From Candidatus Binatia bacterium (lineage in GTDB: Bacteria > Desulfobacterota > Binatia > Bin18), in assembly GCA_951812575.1 (NCBI GenBank), contig OX638322.1:1237925-1301924 (forward strand): DNA of 64,000 nt, read 5' to 3'. The translations under genes and the position numbers were made by a program. Under the pieces are notes generated by a model. That model was not told the DNA's origin and did no database searches. It was given only the letters and a program-made list of their open reading frames with translations. Positions 43,997 through 52,699 of this stretch are shown one piece after another (position 1 is the stretch's first letter; each line of letters begins with the position of its first letter).

Positions 43997-45095
43997 AAAC
44001 CGGCCCCCCCGAGATGACGTTTTTACTCCACAGTTCGCCCACGGAATAACTTTCAAGCCATGCTCGATAGTCCTCTTCGTTCAGGCGTTCAAACGTGGAC
44101 GCGCCCCTTTTCCGGTTGACCACAACGACATCCTCAACCGAGAAGTTGTCGATCAGTGCCGGTGACTGTGTCGCCACGATGAGCTGGGTGCGCTTCGAGG
44201 CGTTTTGAATCAGCTCTGCCAAAATGCTGATTGCGGCAGGATGGAGTCCCAACTCCGGTTCGTCAATGATTAAGGAAGAGGGAAGGTCGGGTTGCAATAA
44301 GGCGGTTGCCAGACAGATAAACCGGATACTGCCGTCGGAGAAATGATACGGCTGCATCGGGTAATCCGAGCCCTTGGCGTGCCAGGAAAGCGCCACCTTC
44401 CTTTTCGGTCCGAAGCTTTCTACGTCAAGGAGAAAATCATCGAGACAGGGAATCACCAATTTACAGGACTGGAGAATTTCTTGGTACGTTTCCTCGTCCC
44501 TTTTTTTGAGTCTCCGCAAGAATGGCGCAATATTCGAGGCATCGAAACGCAGAGTCTTGTTGTCTTGCACGATCTCTGCATGCCGCATTGCCGCCGTCTC
44601 GCTCGTGTCGTGAAAATGATAGATTTTCCATGAAGCAATGGACTCATATACTGGCCTGCTGTATTGGGCGTCATGGGCCTTTTCTTTTGCCTCTTTCACA
44701 AGCAAGGGTTGTCCATCCGGACTGTCTCCTAGCTCCCACCATTTCGTCATCCCGTGCCCATAGTAACGAGCTTCGTCTGTCAGCGCACAACCTTCGGATG
44801 GGCCGGGTTTGATAGTAAAACGGTATCCGCGTGACCCGAAGCGCGTTTCAAACTTGAGGCGTTTTGTGACCCTTCGTCCGTTAAAGAGGAGGTCGCTGAT
44901 TCCCCCGCTGTCTCGAACGTAGTCATTCAGATTTCCGTTGATGAGTGCTTGCAGCAGGCGGAAAAAGGCAATGAGGTTGCTTTTTCCCGTGCCATTGGCA
45001 CCGATTAACACATTCAGGCTCTTGATCTCAAAATTTTCCAGCTCACGGATAGATTTGAATCCTCGTATCGTCAGTCTGTCTAAAGGGTCTCCCAT
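43989..45095 (-). CDS. ABC/SMC-like AAA ATPase partnered with DUF4276
   Basis: Start taken at MGDPLDRLTIRGFKSI. Walker A LIGANGTGKSN, signature-like FSDGSIRF, Walker B LIIDEPELGLHP. The ORF-track N-terminal extension overlaps hsdM. Confidence 0.8.
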   Translation of the reverse strand: MGDPLDRLTIRGFKSIRELENFEIKSLNVLIGANGTGKSNLIAFFRLLQALINGNLNDYVRDSGGISDLLFNGRRVTKRLKFETRFGSRGYRFTIKPGPSEGCALTDEARYYGHGMTKWWELGDSPDGQPLLVKEAKEKAHDAQYSRPVYESIASWKIYHFHDTSETAAMRHAEIVQDNKTLRFDASNIAPFLRRLKKRDEETYQEILQSCKLVIPCLDDFLLDVESFGPKRKVALSWHAKGSDYPMQPYHFSDGSIRFICLATALLQPDLPSSLIIDEPELGLHPAAISILAELIQNASKRTQLIVATQSPALIDNFSVEDVVVVNRKRGASTFERLNEEDYRAWLESYSVGELWSKNVISGGPVYE

Positions 45096-45118
45096 ATCAA
45101 AGTCCCCCGTTTGTTTGC

Positions 45119-46666
45119 TTATACCCCAATCTTCCCCAGAATCTGCCGCAATACCGTGTCCGTTTCCCGCGCCTCGGCTTCGATAACGTCGAGTTCGGCC
45201 ACAATCTCCGCAAGCGGCCGGTAGGTCTCCGCGTCGTCGGTGTGAATGTAGCGACTGGGGGAGATGTTGTAGTCGTTTTTCTTCAGCTCCGCGTGATCGA
45301 CAATGCGGCTGAGTTTTTCCTCTTCCTGCCACCCTATCAGGGTGTCGGCGATACGGGTGATACCCTCGGGTGGGATGAAGTTCTTGGGGTCGCCCTTCTC
45401 GAAGACCCGGCTGGCATTAACGAGAAAGACTTTGCCCTGCCGGGCTTTTGGCTTGGCCTTGTTGAGGAACAGGACGATACCTGGGGCTGTGGTGTTGTAG
45501 AAGAGGTTTTCGGGCAGATAGAGGACGCTCTCGATGAGGTCCTGCTCAACAAACCACTGACGGACGGTTTTTTCCTTGTTGGTGCCGGCATTGCCCGAGC
45601 CTCGGGAGGCGGCACCGGTGTCGAGGACGACGGCAGCGCGACCTTCGGCATTGAGGCTGGCGTGCATGTGCTGGACCCAGCCCCAGTCGGCGGAAGATTT
45701 TCCGGGGAAACCGGGCGGGAAGCGGTCGAATTCGTCATTGTCGTAGTCGGCCTCAGTGTACCAGTCCTGATTCCACATGGGATTGGCGACGACGCGATCG
45801 AAAGTACGCAGCTTGCCGTTTTTTTCGGCGCGGAACTTGGGGTTCTTGAAGGTGTCGCCGATCTCGATCTGGCCCTCCATGTCGTGGATGATCATATTCA
45901 TGTTGGCCATGGCCCAGGTCTCGGGGATGTATTCCTGGCCGAACAGTTTGAGAGGCGGGTATTGCGTCTTGTCGGCGGCTGTCATTTTCGCTTCCATGGC
46001 GAGCTCGCACTTGATGAGAAGGCCGCCGGAGCCGCAGGTGGGGTCGTAGATTTCCATACCCGGATCAGGCACGAGGACGCGGGCGATGATCTCGCCGACC
46101 TCGCCGGGGGTGTAGAACTCGCCGGCACTCTGACCGCTGCCCTCGGCGAACTTGCGGATAAGGTATTCGTAGCTCTTGCCGATGATGTCGGCCTCAACGT
46201 CCTCAAGCCCGAGGCGCTTGGTGCTGATGGCCTCAATGAGGTTGGAGAGGCGGTCGTCGTCGAGGTCGCGCTGGCCGTGGGTGGTCGCGTTGAAGTCCAC
46301 GCGGTCGATGATGCCTTGCAGGGGCGGGTTTTCCCTGGCGATGGCCCGCATGTGGCTGGTGACGCCTTCGCCGATCTTGTCCGAGAGCTTGCGAATGACG
46401 GACCAGACCGGCTGTTCGGGATCGTCCGGCATGAGGGGGAGGTAGAAGCGGACAAGCTTGTGGTCGGCTCCGGCGAGCTGGAAGGCTTTCTTGCGCGAGC
46501 CGACCTTGGCGTCGATGCGGTTCAGTTCATCATCAAAGACATCGCACAGGCGTTTGGTGAAAATAAGGGGCAGGATGTAGTCCTTGTATTTCGGTGCGTC
46601 CTTGGCCCCACGGATGGAGCAGGCGGCGTCCCATATCCAGGATTCCAAGGATTTGAAGTGGGACAA
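45119..46666 (-). CDS. hsdM: Type I restriction enzyme N6-adenine methyltransferase subunit
   Basis: HsdM_N-like N-terminus (LWDAACSIRG..D...YKDYILPLIF.KRL), AdoMet motif YDPTCGSGGLL, catalytic ANPMWNQ. Confidence 0.95.
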   Translation of the reverse strand: MSHFKSLESWIWDAACSIRGAKDAPKYKDYILPLIFTKRLCDVFDDELNRIDAKVGSRKKAFQLAGADHKLVRFYLPLMPDDPEQPVWSVIRKLSDKIGEGVTSHMRAIARENPPLQGIIDRVDFNATTHGQRDLDDDRLSNLIEAISTKRLGLEDVEADIIGKSYEYLIRKFAEGSGQSAGEFYTPGEVGEIIARVLVPDPGMEIYDPTCGSGGLLIKCELAMEAKMTAADKTQYPPLKLFGQEYIPETWAMANMNMIIHDMEGQIEIGDTFKNPKFRAEKNGKLRTFDRVVANPMWNQDWYTEADYDNDEFDRFPPGFPGKSSADWGWVQHMHASLNAEGRAAVVLDTGAASRGSGNAGTNKEKTVRQWFVEQDLIESVLYLPENLFYNTTAPGIVLFLNKAKPKARQGKVFLVNASRVFEKGDPKNFIPPEGITRIADTLIGWQEEEKLSRIVDHAELKKNDYNISPSRYIHTDDAETYRPLAEIVAELDVIEAEARETDTVLRQILGKIGV

Positions 46667-46876
46667 AAAGAACCTCCCGTATCAGTTTATTGAGACTCCA
46701 GGTTCCGCGACAGGCAGCGGCTTGCTTGGGTCTCCCGACTTTCTTTCAGGTAACATTTCAACAACCTGTAGTCGAATTTAAGGCGACAACAGGCTCATCA
46801 ATCAACCCCTGGAGTGCCCTGCGTTGCTGATGGCCGCTGGCTATCTGTATAATATGGTCTTGCCGTACTCTCTCAT

Positions 46877-47143
46877 ATGGGTAATATGGGAGAGATGAAA
46901 ACGACCCTTGATATCCACGACGAACTTCTGGCACGGGCGAAACGTCATGCCAAGAAGACGGGCCGCCCCTTGCGCGCCGTGGTTGAGGACGGGCTCCGAC
47001 AGGTGCTTGCTGCGTCTCCCTCCCGGAACCGCTATCGGCTGCCCGATTTGAGCACCGGCCATGCCGGCGCGGAGGACCCTCTTGAGGTCTATTCGTGGCA
47101 GGACCTGCGCGGGTTGATCTACGGAGAGACTGAAACACGATGA
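46877..47143 (+). CDS. vapB: VapB-type antitoxin
   Basis: MKTTLDIHDELLARAKRHAKKTGRPLRAVVEDGLRQVL. Its stop overlaps the vapC ATG (ATGA). The true start may be ATG 46895. Confidence 0.75.
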   Translation: MGNMGEMKTTLDIHDELLARAKRHAKKTGRPLRAVVEDGLRQVLAASPSRNRYRLPDLSTGHAGAEDPLEVYSWQDLRGLIYGETETR

Positions 47144-47574
47144 TTGCTGTCGATACGAACCTGCTCGTCTACGCCCACCGCAAGGAATCCCGCGTGCATG
47201 AAGCCGCCTTTGCGATTGTGCGGACGCTTGCCGAGGGGAACCAGGTGTGGGCGATTCCCTGGCCCTGCTGCTACGAATTCCTGAGTGTCGTAACAAACCC
47301 TCGAATTTGGAAAGACGCGGCAACATCGCCGGAGCGTGCATGGCGGCAACTCGAAGCCTGGACCACCTCGCCAAATAATCGTCTGCTCGGCGAGACCGAC
47401 GACTTTCTCAAGGTATTGAGCGATCTCGTGCAGCGGCCGCGGGTGCGCGGTGCGGTCGTCCACGATGCCCGGATCGCCGCGCTCTGCCTGGCCCACGGTA
47501 TTGAAGCGCTCCTCACCCGTGACCGTGATTTCTCGCTATTTCCAGAACTGCGAACACGAGATCCGTTCGGTTAG
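47140..47574 (+). CDS. vapC: VapC PIN-domain toxin
   Basis: MIAVDTNLLVYAH....HE.A ... HDARIAALCLAHG...LLTRDRDF. Confidence 0.85.
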   Translation: MIAVDTNLLVYAHRKESRVHEAAFAIVRTLAEGNQVWAIPWPCCYEFLSVVTNPRIWKDAATSPERAWRQLEAWTTSPNNRLLGETDDFLKVLSDLVQRPRVRGAVVHDARIAALCLAHGIEALLTRDRDFSLFPELRTRDPFG

Positions 47575-47635
47575 CGCAATGTACGCTGCCATGTTGCCGC
47601 ACCTCAGGCAAAGCGGATCGTAGGAGAGGCGAGCC

Positions 47636-48595
47636 TTAACGTATCTTCCCCTCAACAAATGGGACTTCGTAGGCTTTTTCGTGGTTGATGGGGCCGTGTC
47701 CGAAATAGCCCTCTTCGCCAAATAACTCGCCGTGGTCCGCGGTAATCGTAGTATAGGTATTGGGGGGGACGATGTCGAAGAGGCGCTCAAACACGCCGTC
47801 AAGATAGCGCACGGCGTTGACTTGGCGCTGACGGAGCAGGTCGAGTTTGTCCTGGTCAAAGAACCGCTCCCCCGCTTCGTCCTCGATCAGCTTCCCGCCG
47901 ACGACGGCGTCATCGAGATGCTTGAAGACGCCGTGGACGCCGTGAATCTTCGGCCACTCTTCGCTCGGCTCGTCGGGCAAGGCGTACGGGTAGTGCGTCT
48001 CTCCAACATTCAGCAGGTAAAACGACGGTCGGTCGGGGGAGAAGGATAAGCGCTCAACCATGGCGGCCATGTCATTATGGGTCGGCATCAGGGTAAAGGA
48101 GTCGAAGTCCTTATTGAGCAGCGTGGCCGGGTTCAGCACGGGCAGGGAGACCATCGCGTGCGTATGGTAGCCCAGCTTCCATTTCAAGAAGGTGGGTAAA
48201 AAGAGCTGCGGCACCAGATTCTTGAACTCAACCTGTTCGGCGCCCAGGCGTTCCCGGTATTTGAAAAAATCCTGTTTGTAATACTCCGAAGCATAAACCT
48301 GCCGCGGGCTGGAGTGGGGCAGCAGCCCCATCAGCAGGTTGTAATGGGACGGGGCGGTCCAGGACGCGTAGCTCCACCGCCGCTCGACCTCGCCCAGGGC
48401 GCTGACCGTTTTCGGCCGGGCCTCCATAAAGGTGTCATACCGGCAGCTATCGAGGATCACGACGAGATAATTATTCGTACCCTGAGGGGGCGGAAGCTGC
48501 GGCACCTCGACGCTGGGGGATGATGTAATCAGCGGGGTCTCCAGAGACTCCGCCTCAGGCGCACCCCGCTTGAAGAGCCGGTTCAGAATACCCAT
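47636..48595 (-). CDS. Alkaline-phosphatase-superfamily (sulfatase-like) protein
   Basis: LVVILDSCRYDTF near the N-terminus and ITADHGELFGEEGYFGHG near the C-terminus. Confidence 0.45.
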   Translation of the reverse strand: MGILNRLFKRGAPEAESLETPLITSSPSVEVPQLPPPQGTNNYLVVILDSCRYDTFMEARPKTVSALGEVERRWSYASWTAPSHYNLLMGLLPHSSPRQVYASEYYKQDFFKYRERLGAEQVEFKNLVPQLFLPTFLKWKLGYHTHAMVSLPVLNPATLLNKDFDSFTLMPTHNDMAAMVERLSFSPDRPSFYLLNVGETHYPYALPDEPSEEWPKIHGVHGVFKHLDDAVVGGKLIEDEAGERFFDQDKLDLLRQRQVNAVRYLDGVFERLFDIVPPNTYTTITADHGELFGEEGYFGHGPINHEKAYEVPFVEGKIR

Positions 48596-48604
48596 ACCTA
48601 CTCC

Positions 48605-49294
48605 TCAACTGGCGAGTCTGACTTTTCCAGCCTGTACCTGGGAGAGTACGCGGTCAGGATCATGTCCCCCCGCGCGTAATAAGCGGATCACTTCCGCCTC
48701 TGGTAACGGCCGGCCTCCGCCGAGGAGGTGTGCCCGGAAGAGAATCTGGGCGGCGTGTTCAAGCATCTCCAGCTTTGAGTAGGCCTCTTGGAGGGTTTCG
48801 CCGACCGTGACAGAGCCGTGCCGGGCTAGCATCAGGGCGTCGAACTGGCGGATAAAAGGGCAGATGGCCTCACCGGCCTCACACGTCCCCGGCGTTACAT
48901 ATGGAACGGTTGGAATGGCGCCCAGAGCCGTCACGACTTCAGGTAAGGTCCCGTCGGCCAGTGAGATGTCCGCTAAGGTACACGCAATCGCGGTGGTCGG
49001 ATGGGCGTGAATGACTGCCGTAATATCCTCCCGTTCTCGATACGCGGCAAGGTGGAGGGCGATTTCCGATGACGGTGCACGCTCGTCACTCAGCGCCTTC
49101 CCGTCTAAATCGGTTTCAACCAACTGCTCTGATCGGAGGAAGCCTTTGTGTACTCCCCGAGTTGTGATCAGGATACGGTCCGGCCCCAGACGCACGCTGG
49201 CATTCCCTTCTGAGGACGCAATGAAGCCCTTTTGGTACATGGCGTGGCAGATATTCACCAGATCAGTCCGTAAAGTATGCCCGCTGGTATCCAT
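48605..49294 (-). CDS. Class II aldolase/adducin-family protein
   Basis: GNASVR, ALHLAAY......AVIHAHPT, MLARHG.VTVGETL.EAY...E.LE. Confidence 0.7.
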   Translation of the reverse strand: MDTSGHTLRTDLVNICHAMYQKGFIASSEGNASVRLGPDRILITTRGVHKGFLRSEQLVETDLDGKALSDERAPSSEIALHLAAYREREDITAVIHAHPTTAIACTLADISLADGTLPEVVTALGAIPTVPYVTPGTCEAGEAICPFIRQFDALMLARHGSVTVGETLQEAYSKLEMLEHAAQILFRAHLLGGGRPLPEAEVIRLLRAGGHDPDRVLSQVQAGKVRLAS

Positions 49295-49462
49295 AACGGT
49301 TCTCGATCAGAAAGAGCTTTTTCTGGACTTGGCCTAAAGATGAGTCGTAGACCCACGCAGTCTTTTTTACAAGAGAGGAAGCAAAAAATCTGGGTGAGGA
49401 CTGCAATACGTGGAGAATGCTGGTAGGTTAGATGCACATAAGGAAGATGAGGAGGTGCATAC

Positions 49463-50641
49463 GTGACGGCAGGTGTCGATATCTTTCATCCCTCTGCAGA
49501 GCATCGTCTTTTGCGGCAGACGGTTCGGGAGTTTGTCAAAGAGCGGGTTGAGCCGCAGGCACTGGAGCACGACCGTCAGGAACGCTTCAATATCACCCTC
49601 TTTCGCGAACTCGGCGAACTCGGACTGCTGGGCATTACGGTGCCGGAAGCGTATGGCGGTGTGGGTATGGATGCGGTGGCTGCCGTTATCGCGCACGAGG
49701 AACTGTCCGCCTCAGACCCAGGCTTCTGCCTGGCCTACCTGGCCCACGCCATGCTCCTGGTCAATAATTTCTGTCGCAATGCCAATGACGAACAGCGCCA
49801 GAGGTATTTGCCGCCCCTCCTCTCCGGGGAATGGGTTGGCGGGATGTGTATGACGGAGCCCTCAGCCGGTACGGATGTGCTCGGGATGAAAACGCAGGCG
49901 GTCCGCCGTGGAGATACCTATGCCATTACCGGCCGCAAGATGTTCATTACCAACGGCGCGCTGGATGACACCACGCTGGGCAACCTGTTTCTCGTCTACG
50001 CAAAAACAGACAAGGGTTTGAGTTCGTTTATTGTGGAGAAAGATTTTCCCGGATTTGCACTCGGGCAACGGCTCCACGGCAAAACCGGTATGCGCGCCTC
50101 CATGACCGCCGAACTCGTCTTTGACGACTGTCAGGTTCCGGTTGCCAATCGTCTCGGCCAAGAGGGCGACAGCGTGCTCCACATGATGCGCAACCTGGAA
50201 ATCGAGCGGGTCACGATTGGAGCCATGTCTACGGGTATCGCCGGCCGCTGCGTCGAAGATATGACCCGCTACGCGAGTGAGCGCACCGCCTATGGTCAGC
50301 CCATTAACCACTTTGGGCAGATCCAGCGCTATATCGCGGATTCCTATGCCCAATACATGGCGGCACGGACCTATCTGTATCACACCGCACGGAATATGGA
50401 CCTTGATCAGCCCGGCCATCGTATCGACTCGGACGGCGTCAAGCTGGTTGCCACGACCATGGCAAAAAATGTCGCGGACAACGCCATGCAGGTGTTGGGT
50501 GGCTATGGCTATTTTAACGAGTACGTGGTTGAGCGCTTATGGCGAGACGCAAAGCTGCTTGAGATTGGCGGCGGCACCCTGGAAGCGCATCAGAAGAATA
50601 TCACCAAAGATTTGACGCGGCATATGGACCGCATTCGATAG
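49463..50641 (+). CDS. Acyl-CoA dehydrogenase (isovaleryl-CoA dehydrogenase-like)
   Basis: GMCMTEPSAGTD, FITNG, LGGYGY..EY.VERLWRDAKLLEIGGGT.E. Confidence 0.85.
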   Translation: MTAGVDIFHPSAEHRLLRQTVREFVKERVEPQALEHDRQERFNITLFRELGELGLLGITVPEAYGGVGMDAVAAVIAHEELSASDPGFCLAYLAHAMLLVNNFCRNANDEQRQRYLPPLLSGEWVGGMCMTEPSAGTDVLGMKTQAVRRGDTYAITGRKMFITNGALDDTTLGNLFLVYAKTDKGLSSFIVEKDFPGFALGQRLHGKTGMRASMTAELVFDDCQVPVANRLGQEGDSVLHMMRNLEIERVTIGAMSTGIAGRCVEDMTRYASERTAYGQPINHFGQIQRYIADSYAQYMAARTYLYHTARNMDLDQPGHRIDSDGVKLVATTMAKNVADNAMQVLGGYGYFNEYVVERLWRDAKLLEIGGGTLEAHQKNITKDLTRHMDRIR

Positions 50642-50658
50642 AATCATTGGAGAGAGCC

Positions 50659-50850
50659 ATGCGTAACCTGTGGGACCGGATCATGATTGCCCTCATGGTG
50701 GGGGTGATCGGCTTTTGCCTGATAGAGATATGGAACGGAACCACGGGGCTGCTCCGGTGTGGGGTCGGCATAGGCGGAGCCGTGCTGGTGATTCTCCTCA
50801 AGCTGAACGCCTTGCAGAAGGCGAGGCAGCAGACACCCTCAAACCCTTGA
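50659..50850 (+). CDS. Small two-helix membrane protein (hypothetical)
   Basis: MRNLWDRIMIALMVGVIGFCLIEIW....GVGIGGAVLVILLKL. GGAGAGAG lies upstream. Confidence 0.35.
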   Translation: MRNLWDRIMIALMVGVIGFCLIEIWNGTTGLLRCGVGIGGAVLVILLKLNALQKARQQTPSNP

Positions 50851-50871
50851 GCGCTCCGCTCGCTCTTCTCC

Positions 50872-51429
50872 ATGCGATACAGACTCTCCAACCTTGGCAG
50901 ACCCCCCGGTCTTTTTCCATCCAACGCGGAGAATGGCTTTACCCTTATCGAGCTGATTCTGGTTCTCGTCATTATCAGCATCGCCTTTGCCATTGTCGCC
51001 CCTGCGGTCGGGAATCGGTTTGGCGGCAGTGACCCGAAGCGGACGGCGGCGCAGTTACGAACCACGCTGGAACTCTTGCGACTGCGGGCGCTCACGGATG
51101 GTATAGAACAGCGTCTCGTCATTAACCCCGAAGACAATCAGTATTGGCAGGAGTCCGGGCGCCAGGTTGTAGCTCGGGATGACAGCGAGGAGGAGTCCGA
51201 CCACGAAGACGAGCAGATTACTTCCTCCGATGAAGACATACAGCTCTCAGCCACGAGCCTGTGGGTACGGGAGGAGGGGGAAGTCGAGTTCCGCTTTTAT
51301 CCGGACGGCACAAATTCCGGCGGGGAGATCACCATAGAACAGCAGCGGGGGGCGAATGAGGTCGCCTATACCATTACGCTCAATCCACTGCTGGGGACAG
51401 CCACCGTCCGTTACGCCGAAGAAGAATAG
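50872..51429 (+). CDS. gspH: GspH-like minor pseudopilin
   Basis: Prepilin motif G-FTLIELILVLVIISIAF after a 22-aa leader. Size and position fit the H-I-J-K order. Confidence 0.55.
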   Translation: MRYRLSNLGRPPGLFPSNAENGFTLIELILVLVIISIAFAIVAPAVGNRFGGSDPKRTAAQLRTTLELLRLRALTDGIEQRLVINPEDNQYWQESGRQVVARDDSEEESDHEDEQITSSDEDIQLSATSLWVREEGEVEFRFYPDGTNSGGEITIEQQRGANEVAYTITLNPLLGTATVRYAEEE

Positions 51430-51474
51430 TCAGGAGACAGAGGAGGGCCGCCGTCCAGAGCGGGGGCCGGCAGC

Positions 51475-52008
51475 ATGAAAAAAGAAGACCAGCAGTGTCA
51501 GATACGCCATTGGCGAAAAGAGGGAACGTATCCTTCCTCGACCGGCAGATGCGGGATACGTTCCCTCTTTGCAGGATTTACCCTCCTAGAAATCATGATC
51601 GCGCTCTCCATCCTGGCGGTCGGCCTGGTGGCCGTGCTGGAACTCTTTGCCGGCAGTCTCCGCCTCACCGGAAAAGCCTCCCACCGCACCCAGGCGGTCA
51701 TCCATGCCCAGAACGTTATGGGCGGGTTTTTTGCCCCGGATTTCCTGGAAGATGGGGAGGACAGCGGGGAGCTGCCGGATGGCTTTTTTTGGCGGGCACG
51801 GGTGCAGGAAATCTTTCCGGATGAAACCGAAGAGGAGGCCGCGGAAAGGGAAAACGATGCGCTGGGCGGGGGGTCGTCTCTGCTGCACATCAAGGAGATA
51901 ACGGTCAGCGTCGGCTGGGAGGAGGGGGACAGCCACCGGAGTTTCGAGCTGCGTTCCATGCGCCTCATGTACGAAGAGCCCGATAGCCTCGAAGAGGGGG
52001 AAGGATAA
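51475..52008 (+). CDS. gspI: GspI-like minor pseudopilin with an unusually long leader
   Basis: G-FTLLEIMIALSILAVGLVAV preceded by ~50 residues that include palindromic element copy d. No in-frame start lies closer to the cleavage motif. Confidence 0.55.
   Translation: MKKEDQQCQIRHWRKEGTYPSSTGRCGIRSLFAGFTLLEIMIALSILAVGLVAVLELFAGSLRLTGKASHRTQAVIHAQNVMGGFFAPDFLEDGEDSGELPDGFFWRARVQEIFPDETEEEAAERENDALGGGSSLLHIKEITVSVGWEEGDSHRSFELRSMRLMYEEPDSLEEGEG
51516..51570. repeat. ~55-bp palindromic interspersed element, copy d (best-preserved arms)
   Basis: AAAGAGGGAACGTATCC-loop-GGATACGTTCCCTCTTT, with perfect 17-bp arms. Read as KEGTYPSSTGRCGIRSLF. Confidence 0.85.
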
Positions 52009-52010
52009 GC

Positions 52011-52694
52011 ATGCGCCCGGCCCGCGGCTTTACCCTGCTTGAGCTCCTGATCAGCCTGATGCTGATCAGCCTGGTCAGCCTCGGCGTCTATGGCGCGCTC
52101 GGCTTTGGCGCAAACGCGCTCGAACGGGGCACATCCCGGAGTCTTGAGAACCAGCGTGTCCGGGCGGCCCTGGCCCTGATTGTCCGCAAGCTGAAGTCGG
52201 CCTACCCGCTCATGCTGCTGGTCGACGGCGAGCGCCTGGTCTACTTTTTTGGTGACGAAGAGGAACTCCGTTTCGTGGCCTCGGCCGACCGACCCGAAAT
52301 CGGCGGGTTGGAGAAGGTCTCCTACTTCATCAAAGAAGATGAAGACGGCGAGCACGGGCTGTGGATGCGGCTTTCCGCGCCGACTCTACCGGCCGATTTG
52401 GCCGAAGAGCGGGAAGGGAGTTTATACTTGGAGGCCGAGGTTCTGTCCGATGTTGACGAACTGGTCTGGGAGTATTTCGGGCAACGACAAAACGAAGACG
52501 AAGAAGCCTGGCACGAGAGTTGGAACGGTGAGGAGGAACCGAAGCTGCCGCAGGCCGTGCGGCTGTCGTGGCGCGCCCAGGTGAGCAACCTGCCAAACGA
52601 ATGGCAGATCGAGGTCCCGATTCAGGTCCAGGAGCCTGTTGCGGAGCTGCGTCGCACTCCCCAGAACCGCCGCCGGAGCCGGGGTCGGAGATAG
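52011..52694 (+). CDS. gspJ: GspJ-like minor pseudopilin
   Basis: MRPARG-FTLLELLISLMLISLVSL. 227 aa. Confidence 0.6.
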   Translation: MRPARGFTLLELLISLMLISLVSLGVYGALGFGANALERGTSRSLENQRVRAALALIVRKLKSAYPLMLLVDGERLVYFFGDEEELRFVASADRPEIGGLEKVSYFIKEDEDGEHGLWMRLSAPTLPADLAEEREGSLYLEAEVLSDVDELVWEYFGQRQNEDEEAWHESWNGEEEPKLPQAVRLSWRAQVSNLPNEWQIEVPIQVQEPVAELRRTPQNRRRSRGRR

Positions 52695-52699
52695 CGGCC

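Noticed and set aside
43989-45332. ORF-track long form of the ATPase (447 aa), and the long forms of DUF4276 (245 aa), LLM (393 aa), GspK (397 aa) and CysD (344 aa)
   Set aside because: The N-terminal extensions overlap the upstream gene, are Arg/Gly-rich, and precede internal starts that match family N-termini, some with an RBS or stop/start coupling.
45242-46693. 483-aa + strand ORF opposite hsdM
   Set aside because: A Val/Gly/Asp-rich shadow translation. hsdM on the minus strand has AdoMet and NPMW motifs.
28118-47635. Calling the defence regions an integrative mobile element or prophage
   Set aside because: I could see no integrase, transposase, tRNA gene or flanking direct repeats. Housekeeping-type genes (pfk, LLM oxidoreductases) interrupt the two islands.
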